A DNA stretch of 64,000 nt. Origin: Octopus bimaculoides. Lineage: Eukaryota. This document shows, piece by piece, positions 55,366-64,000 of this stretch. Where the stretch lies: assembly GCF_001194135.2 (NCBI RefSeq), contig NC_068981.1, positions 178,065,035 through 178,129,034 on the forward strand. The letters run 5' to 3'. The notes under the pieces were generated by a model. That model was not told where the DNA came from, searched no databases, and was given only the letters and a program-made list of their open reading frames with translations. Position 1 is the stretch's first letter. Every line of letters begins with the position of its first letter. A program made the translations under genes and the position numbers.

Positions 55366-56117
55366 CCTGAATAACTTTTACTTTGGGTGAGAAAATATTT
55401 TTGCTTCTATATTGTTACGTTACAAGTTCCAGTGGTGTGATACAGTATCAAAAATATGAAAAGAAAGGAAGGAAGATTGTAGACAGAAGAGTGACAAAGG
55501 TAGGAGAGAAATGAGGAGTGTGTGACCTGACATACATGTACTATGAATTTGAAAAAGGGGATTAAACTAAGACTAGTAACAAAGTTGTTTTAAAATAATA
55601 AGAATTGGACATTGCCAACATGAGCATTAACAGCAGGAAGGTCCTCTGATAGGTGTCGAAAAGAGGATAGTGAATTATCCTAAGCTGGTGTTTGAAGAAA
55701 ATCATCAACATCAATAATATAAATGCAAATAAAACAAGGTAAGATACACAGAACTAGAGTATTTCATATAAGTGAGAAACAAATTGAGAAGACAATTTTG
55801 GAGAAACTGTTTCTTAAATAATTAAGATAGGTTAGTAATTTAGTTATTGTTATGATTATTTATGTTAGCATGAGTAAAGAAATATTTAAATGTGTGTTTG
55901 GATAGGGATAAGTAGATAATCTCAATTGCAGTTTATCACAACACAGTTTTATTGTTATAAAATTTAAAACATGATAATATTTGAAAGCAGGATATAAGAT
56001 ACAGAATGAAACTAAGATTAATTGCAAAAAAATCAGCTAATGAATTTTCTCAAAACAGCTTGGAGTAAAGTATATTTTATGACTGATAAATTTTTAGAGT
56101 ATAAATTTATTAACTAT

Positions 56118-56338
56118 TTAACTCTTTAACATTTAAACCAGCCATATCCAGTGCAAATATTTTGTTTTATGTTCAAACCAGCCAGATCTGATTTCTCACA
56201 CCTACCCTACAATGTCATTTTAAAATGTAACAATCACATTATTGAACTCTCAAAGCTATAAGATAATACCTAAATTCAATATGATGTGAATAAATAAGCT
56301 TTACATTTGACAGAAAAATCTGAATACCAAAGGGTTAA
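56118..56338. mobile_element. piggyBac-type MITE, opposite orientation
   Basis: TTAACTCTTTAACATT ... AATACCAAAGGGTTAA. Confidence 0.78.
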
Positions 56339-56601
56339 ACATAACATAATACATTTCAATATAATAGGAAAAAACTAAGATGTACAATGGACATAAAATC
56401 TGTATGCTAAGAGAAGGACCTAGGGGTTTCAAAAAGTATTATGAATCTACAGTTTGGACTTTGTAAGAAAATTAAATCATTCCAGTAAAATTTGTATGGT
56501 ACGTATGTTTTTTTTTTTAATTTTGTCTTAAAAAGATTTTTTATATGTTTTGATTGACAAGTAAATTAATTAGAACAATTAGAAGTGAAAAGCAACTTTA
56601 C

Positions 56602-56726
56602 CTGTTTAGCATTAATTCATTGTCTCCTGCTCTATGAAAGAAGAGATCTCCCCGAGTAAGATCTCTTTAGAACAGGATATGCAGGATAAGTCCCTACATT
56701 GATGGACTTGAAGTAGAAACAGAAAC
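56602..56726 (-). other. ZMIZ1: Candidate non-coding 5'UTR exon of ZMIZ1 (125 nt)
   Basis: Strong acceptor tttttatttttattttcgtttttcag| and donor cag|gtaaagt; same strand as ZMIZ1; all three frames contain stops; non-repetitive sequence. Confidence 0.6.
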
Positions 56727-56996
56727 CTGAAAAACGAAAATAAAAATAAAAATTAATGATAATGAATCAAAACAGCTGTATTATAAGTATTTTTACTAGA
56801 ATAATTTAGATGCTCTTTCATATGAACAAAGTACATTTAAAAAAAAAATCAAAGTTGACTCGAGTTTTTCAGGAGGATTACATTGTTTTACTTTTTTCAC
56901 TTGATTCAGTCCTTGGACAGCAGGCATGATGAGGCACCACCTTAAAAAGTTTTAGTCGAACAAATTGACCCCAGTACTTGATTCTATTTTATCTTT

Positions 56997-57213
56997 TTAA
57001 CCCTTTAGCATTTAAACCACCCATATCCAGCTACCTGTTTTATGTTGAAATCAGCTAGATCTGGCCTCTCATACCTAAGCTACAATGTTATTCTAAAACT
57101 AACCAATCATATCATTGAAACCTTGAAGCTATGAAATAATGCATGATTAATTCAAAACAATGTGAATAAATAAGAAATACATTTGACAGAGTATCTGAAT
57201 GCTAAAGGGTTAA
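56997..57213. mobile_element. piggyBac-type MITE nested in an old SINE
   Basis: TTAACCCTTTAGCATT ... AATGCTAAAGGGTTAA with perfect TIRs; SINE sequence resumes on both sides. Confidence 0.85.
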
Positions 57214-57354
57214 AGACTAGGACTTATTCTATTGACCTATGCTCAACTCCTAAGGTATGGGGACATAAACAAACCAACACCAGTTTTCAAGCAAAGGTGG
57301 AGGACAAACACAAACATAAACACACACAGATATTTACATGGGTGTGTCAAACAC

Positions 57355-57882
57355 AAAGTGATGCTCTGTGTCCGGTGGAATTATGAGGGAATAATTCACT
57401 ATGAGTTCATTCGAGACAGTTGACCCATCAATGCCAGCTGGATGTATGCCCATTGTGCAGCAAAAATACCTAGCACTGGGGAACAGAAAGCAAGCGCTTA
57501 TGCAGCAAGACAATGCAAGAACTCAAACTGCTCAAACAAGCTGGAATAAACTTCAGGAACCGAGGAAATCAAACTGATACCACAACAAACAAACAGTCTG
57601 GACCAAGCTGCCTCAGAATATTTCTTGTTTCAATCCATGGCTCACTTCCTGCACACATGACACTTCATCAACCATGTGGGGGTGGGAGCTTCAGTGAAGG
57701 AGTTCTTCACCTCAAAGGACAATAACTGGTATCAGTGCAGGATCAAAGAACTAGCAGAAAGGTGGCTTCAGATGGTGCAACAAGAAGGCCGCTACTTTGA
57801 ATGCTAGGCAGCTTTTGTTGTAACTAGATGAATAAAGTAAATAAGTTACCAAAATACTGCAAAACTTTTGACTAAGTGCAAT
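57355..57882 (+). mobile_element. Mariner transposase 3' relic with probable right end
   Basis: KVMLCVRWNYEGIIHYEF, LMQQDNART, SEYFLFQSMAHFL and KELAERWLQMVQQEGRYFEC* (stop 57805-57807), in broken frames. Confidence 0.85.
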
Positions 57883-59148
57883 ACTTTTAATTGAAGGAAT
57901 GGTACAAACAAAACACAAAAAAAACCTAACTTGTTTTCTAACCAAAAATTTTACAAAATAAAGGAAAATAAGATCAATCAGCTTTACAAATTCTTCATGC
58001 AATAAATTAGTTATTTTGCATGGTAGAATTTTTACAAAGGTAGAATTAAATATCTACAATAATCCAGAAATAAAATCTAAAAAGATTGTTTAGAAAATAC
58101 ATATCTTCTGTTCATATTTTAATGGAAAGAATTCAAAAGAAAATAACTGCTTTCCTATAGCTTATCAGAGAAATTACTTTAATCATTCTACATGCTTCTG
58201 GTTTTATATACAATGATATCTTAACAACTGAATGTATAATCTATGTTAAATTTATGAACAGCACAAGGAAAAAAGAAAAAAAATCACTAATTTAATAACA
58301 GAAAACAAAGCTTTTGAGTTGAGTAAACCCACAATAAAATACTGCTCATTATTAACCCCACAAATGGAAGATTAGACCTTTATATGCAAAAGTATATAAA
58401 TTGTGTTATTTACCAAGCTGAAAAGAAAATATCTGAGATTGAGTAGTAGATTGAAAAGAAGGTGTCTATATATAAAAGGCCTAGTCCTATGTCCCCTGTT
58501 TTTGTTGATTGGTTCTGTCAGAGAGTTGGAATGGAAATGATATTCTTGCAAGGGTTGTGTGTGTGCGTGCGTGCACGCTGGGTGGGGGAGAAAGGGGTAG
58601 CAGTAAAGATATTTCAGACCCAGTAGTTGAGAGTAAAAAATAACAAAGTAAAGGAGGGAGGAGAAAATGGCACCGAATGAGTGTTTGACTGGGAAGTCAA
58701 GAGGCATTAGAGAAAGATGGAAGAGAGANNNNNNNNNNNNNNNNNNNNNNNNNNNNNNNNNNNNNNNNNNNNNNNNNNNNNNNNNNNNNNNNNNNNNNNN
58801 NNNNNNNNNNNNNNNNNNNNNNNNNNNNNNNNNNNNNNNNNNNNNNNNNNNNNNNNNNNNNNNNNNNNNNNNNNNNNNNNNNNNNNNNNNNNNNNNNNNN
58901 NNNNNNNNNNNNNNNNNNNNNNNNNNNNNNNNNNNNNNNNNNNNNNNNNNNNNNNNNNNNNNNNNNNNNNNNNNNNNNNNNNNAACCATGAGGGCATATA
59001 AGCAAACATAAAAGCCATTGTAACCTCTCTTTTTTTTTTGGTCAGTTTCATCACACTTTAGGAATGTCACACACACATATAATATATTCATATGTACATG
59101 AATGCATAATATACAGACACATACTTAAATACATAGATATATATGTAT

Positions 59149-59380
59149 TATTTCTTTACTACCCACAAGGGGCTACACACAGAGGGGACAAACAAAGACA
59201 GACAAACGGATTAAGTCGATTATATCGACCCCAGTGCGTGACTGGTACTTATTTAATCGACCCCGAAAGGATGAAAGGCAAAGTCAACCTCGGCGGAATT
59301 TGAACTCAGAACGTAGCGGCAGACGAAATACCGCTAAGCATTTCGCCCGGCGTGCTAACGTTTCTGCCAGCTCGCCGCAT
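59149..59380 (-). mobile_element. Young tRNA-derived SINE with Deu/Nin-like central domain and 15-bp TSD TAGATATATATGTAT
   Basis: CpGs intact; core tttgcctttcatcctttcggggtcgattaaataagtaccag; TSD at 59134-59148 and 59381-59395. Confidence 0.88.
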
Positions 59381-60205
59381 TAGATATATATGTATGTATT
59401 CATATATACATATCATCATCATCATCATCATCGTTTAACGTCCGCTTTCCATGCTAGCATGGGTTGGACGATTTGACTGAGGACTGGTGCAACCAGATGG
59501 CTACACCAGGCTCCAATCTGATTTTGCAGAGTTTCTACAGCTGGATGCCCTTCCTAACGCCAACCACTCAGAGAGTGTAGTGGGTGCTTTTACGTGTCAC
59601 CCACACGAAAACGGCCACGCTATATGTATATATACACACACGCATGTACACAAGAATGTCAGTCAAAAAATTATTACATTAAATATTTTACTAAAATTTA
59701 TCTTTGCATAATGAATTCAAATTCAAATAAACTTGTAAAAAATGTTAACAAGTACGACACACACTTATGCACACATGCATAGACACACACAGACACATTC
59801 TTGAAGAGGCTAGCTCTTTTGCTTTTCAAGTGCAAAACAGGTAGGCTGTTAGATCAATCTGATCATCCTCTAAGGATAAGAGGCTCACTAGTGCCAATAA
59901 AGAAAAATCAAACATCTTAGTACTTAATTCATTGACAAAACACTTAACACTATTTGTCTAAGGTTTCATACCTAATTAAGAAATTATTTATTAATAGTTG
60001 TATTATCTGAATTATTGTCAGCGTAATACATTATTCTCAAATCATCATGTTGTTTTGACATATTAAAGTATTTTAGTAATTATAGAGGTGTTTAAATTTC
60101 TATGCTTACCAACATTATACAGATTGATAGTGTATATAATGGAATACTATTTTTCATTGCCAATAGCCATACTAAAACAAGAGAAACACAGCAAAATTCC
60201 TGTCA

Positions 60206-60271
<66 letters not shown>

Positions 60272-61909
60272 CACATGCACATACATGTGAGTGGTGTAGT
60301 GCTGTGTTAGGTTATGTTGTGTTGTGTTGTATATGAAAGTATGTAATATGCTTCTTTCATTGTCCCTTAGGAGAGTAATTTGTATGAAACTCCACACACC
60401 TAATGTGGAGAATTTATAACCTCAAGGAAAACCTACCAATTACTTCCCTCATCAATGATCCAAACAATCTGTCAATGGCTTAGTAAGGTTCTTGCACAGC
60501 ACTCTATCTTTAACTGACATATTGGTATTATACATTAAAGCTTAGTTAATCCCACAGCTATTAGCTATTAGATTAAATTAGATTTATTTGTTACCATAGA
60601 CTAACACTTTAATGACTGTGTCATGTTGACATCTTAATAGCTTCTGTGTTTGGCTGCATACTTAATTAAGCATTAAGACTATTTAAATTAAGAACAAGAA
60701 CAACAATATTTGTTTTGTTTTTTATCAATAAATGCAGCCAGGACAAGCAACAATTAAACAAATAAATGAAAAACAGTTTTCAGAATTTTTATAGCAATAA
60801 TTCAAAATGCATATCATTAATTATCATGCCTTAATATTGTGTGCAAAGATTAAACTTTACAATAACCACCAGCATTTCAAAACTAGAGAACTTATGATTC
60901 CTTTTTTTTTTTCACATCTACCTTCAAAAACAAACAATTTGAACTAATTTTTAAAATATCATTGAAAGTAGTTAAATATTATACTAGAAAACTATTTGCA
61001 ATTTTAGATTCCATCTGAAATTCTTCCATTAACATATTAAAACCTGGTTAGGAAATGTTAAAGATTTTTAAATAAATCCATTGAGAGCGGAGTGTTTCCT
61101 CCCCCCCCCCAACCCCCTCTTTAAAGTGTTTCTTTTGAAATGTCTAAATGCAATTTCAAAGTAACATTAGTGTATTATAATAAACTTTAAGTCTATTATA
61201 GTAAAAAGGATTTAATACAAGTGAAATTATTTGATCTATTTTATCAATGTCAGTTGGTGAAATGTAGGTCCAGTTTAGAATAGTAGAAAATACTAGAGTT
61301 GAGTTGATAAAATTTACACATTCTTAAGATGTAAAAGAGAATATGTAAAGAGTTAAAGAATAGTGTGAGTAGTTTATAATTTACATGAATTTCTATGTAT
61401 TTAGTAAAGTAAGTTTTATGAGAAACTTTTTACAGAACCTACCATATTTGAAAAGAGATGAACCAGCGAGGTGGAAAAGCAAATATAGATTATGTTTTGT
61501 AAAGAACCAGCAGATTTCAATGGAATTTCAATTTCATTTGCTTTTCATAGGCTTCATATTTTTAAAACAAAGAAACCGTAAACATATATTTAAGAGAGAT
61601 CTAGAAAATATATATGTTCTCTAAAGGATATAAACATAAGATTTTTAAATAATTGGAAAAGCCTCAGCAAGAGATATTCAAATGAATACTGCTACAATGA
61701 TGTTTAGAACTTTTCCCTAGATTGGATTGGATTATCAACACTGGTTTTAGAAAAGGTACACTGACTAGTAAAACCCACCCAACCCATACCAAGATGGAAA
61801 ATGGGCATGTGCTGCTGCCACTGATACTATTAATCAACATGTTGAAACTTTCCTAATAACAAACAAGTAAGATAGTCAATTGTATTACTTTCCTCATAAC
61901 AATTCTGAA

Positions 61910-62297
61910 GGAGTGGCTGTGTGGTAAGTAGCTTGCTTACCAACCACACGGTTCCGGGTTCAGTCCCACTGCGTGGCATCTTGGGCAAGTGTCTTCTACT
62001 ATAGTTTCGGGCCGAGAAAAGCCTTGTGAGTGGATTTGACAGACGGAAACTGAAAGAAGCCCGTCGTATATATGTATATATATATGTGTGTGTGTCTGTG
62101 TTTGTCCCCCCTAGCATTGCTTGACAACCGATGCTGGTCTGTTTATGTCCTCGTAACTTAGTGGTTCGGCAAAAGAGACCGATAGAATAAGTACTAGGCT
62201 TACAAAGAATAAGTTCCAGAGTCGATTTGTTCGACTAAAGACGGTGCTCCAGCATGGCCGCAGTCAAATGACTGAAACAAGTAAAAGAGTAAAAGAG
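61910..62297 (+). mobile_element. Young CORE-like SINE, same family
   Basis: A box TGGCTGTGTGG, B box GGTTCAGTCCC, CORE-like motif, GTAAAAGAGTAAAAGAG tail. Confidence 0.88.
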
Positions 62298-63747
62298 CAG
62301 TTATATCAGCAGGAGCAATAGTAATAACATACAATAGTGATGATGTGAATGATTTTTCAAATGAAGTACGAAAGCTTAGAGTCAGAGAGAGAGAAAAAGT
62401 ATGCATAAAAAAATTACTATACTCAGAGTTTTAGTAAGAGCAGTAAATGTAGCCAACCCAGCCAGAAATCACAACCAGATCTGAAACTGATTTACCTACA
62501 ATGTAACCATACACTACATATTGATCATCATTCTGGCAATCATCGTCATGATCACATCATTATAAAAAAAGTCAAATTGGCTTAAATAGCACAGAATCTA
62601 ACATCCAAGAGATTCAATCTAAATCCTACCAAAATCAGCATTAGCTTTTGAGATTTATAAATAAGTATTAGTGCTGAATAAAACAATTAGTGTTACAACT
62701 GTTCACCCACAATAGTTATAGCAAAGTTTGCACATTATATTATCAAAATGAACCACTACATTTCCGGGCTCTACTACTTTATTTCTATCTAACACTCCCC
62801 CCTTCTTTATCTCCAGTCTGGTTAATCACATCCTCTCTTCTATAAAGTTGAAAAGCCATGTAGCTTCTTTACAGCAAGAACCCTGCTCTGTTCTGGTCCC
62901 TCTTCTCTCATACTAGCCTCCTAGCCTCTTCCTACTATAGTCCCCATGACATTATTTATCAAATGAACTAAAATGAACCATTTTTCTAAGGAAAAATTCT
63001 ACCAGACATTTTTTTTTTTATTAACAAACTCCATCTCTAGCAATCTAAGAAACTGAAATAAATCAAAAAAGACACAGCTAACTTTTTGGAGCCAAGAAGT
63101 AGCCTTGAATACTCATTACCTCTCTACTACTATAGACCAAGTGCTTCTCTCATACATGTGATGATGTAACTCTTTTGATCACTACCTATTTGATAAAGCT
63201 TCCTTACTGAAGCATCTTTAATTCTGACCTACTGCCATGTGACATCCTATCTCTACTCAAACATATTTCTTAAAACCTGCCTCTTTACATTTCTACTTAT
63301 CTAAACTTTTCATCAATATATTCAGTCTTATGATTTGAGGATCACCATCTTCTCAAATTCTATTCTTTACCAAGTATTCCTGAAAAAAACACCAACCTCT
63401 AAATTAAACTTCTATATTAACTGTCCCAACATTTTCCTTGTGGTAATGGTCTTTCTTGAACAAGTTGTGATAATCTTACACCTAACATCTAATAATTTTT
63501 TTAAAAATCTGTTTTGTTTAGTTATTTTCATAATGTTCGTTTCATATGAAATAAATAAGCATTTTTCTTAAGAAGAGACATATAAGTGTTGAAGATTCAG
63601 ATTAATTTAGGCATTAGATAATTTTTAGATATTATAATCTAGAATGAAGAAAGAATACAAGTTAATGATTGTTAATAAGTAAGTGATAGTTTTTACCCTC
63701 TTTGTCGCAGTCACATTAAAGATATGGTCATGTAAGTATAAAATGAT

Positions 63748-63787
<40 letters not shown>

Positions 63788-63790
<3 letters not shown>

Positions 63791-64000
63791 TAGTATATTG
63801 CCACTTAAGTGTGGCTGACCCCTAGGGGTGGATGTTACTGTTGCTTTTAGCCCCAGGAGGACATCTCCTCCAGCTGGCTTATCGACACACGACTGTGTCC
63901 TGTTTGCCAAGGGAGTTATCCCTCTCACCGCGACCAGCAGCACGAACGTATCCGGATTTCAGGGTTATTTCCCTTCGTCGGCGTTCGACAGCTGATGACC
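63788..64000 (-). mobile_element. Young CpG-rich element carrying hammerhead H3; runs off the window end
   Basis: Abrupt switch from (TA)n to GC/CpG-rich sequence that contains the ribozyme fold. Confidence 0.55.
63943..63987 (-). ncRNA. Minimal type-I hammerhead ribozyme motif (family H3) with CCGACGA core variant
   Basis: Minus read CGAACG-CCGACGA-AGGG(AAATAA)CCCT-GAAA-TCCGGA-TA-CGTTCG: 6-bp stem I, 4-bp stem II, palindromic ATCCGGAT stem III. Confidence 0.78.

Overview
AT-rich, CpG-depleted eukaryotic DNA, dense in microsatellites and with about 12 N-gaps. The repeat content looks like an octopus genome; the species is inferred, not proven. The only protein-coding sequence I can support is one minus-strand exon, 33018-33189. 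It ends in a 63-nt CDS, [21 protein letters not shown], which matches the N-terminus of ZMIZ1/tonalli (human [20 protein letters not shown]). The rest of the window is best read as ZMIZ1 5'UTR exons, a promoter region (CpG-retaining 34.1-35.5 kb, paired CCAAT boxes, candidate UTR exon 56602-56726) and very large introns. These introns are filled with tRNA-derived SINEs, RTE and CR1/Jockey-like LINE relics, a mariner relic, four TTAA/piggyBac-type MITEs and a Penelope GIY-YIG relic. The most striking signal is three unrelated families of small elements carrying minimal type-I hammerhead ribozymes of the Penelope type. Four of the five insertions are fold-backs, three with 11-15 bp target-site duplications and one-sided terminal truncation. 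One family has a tRNA-derived Pol III head, which suggests a Penelope-mobilised, ribozyme-tailed SINE. Nearly all ORFs in the supplied track are microsatellite or gap artefacts, or TE debris.
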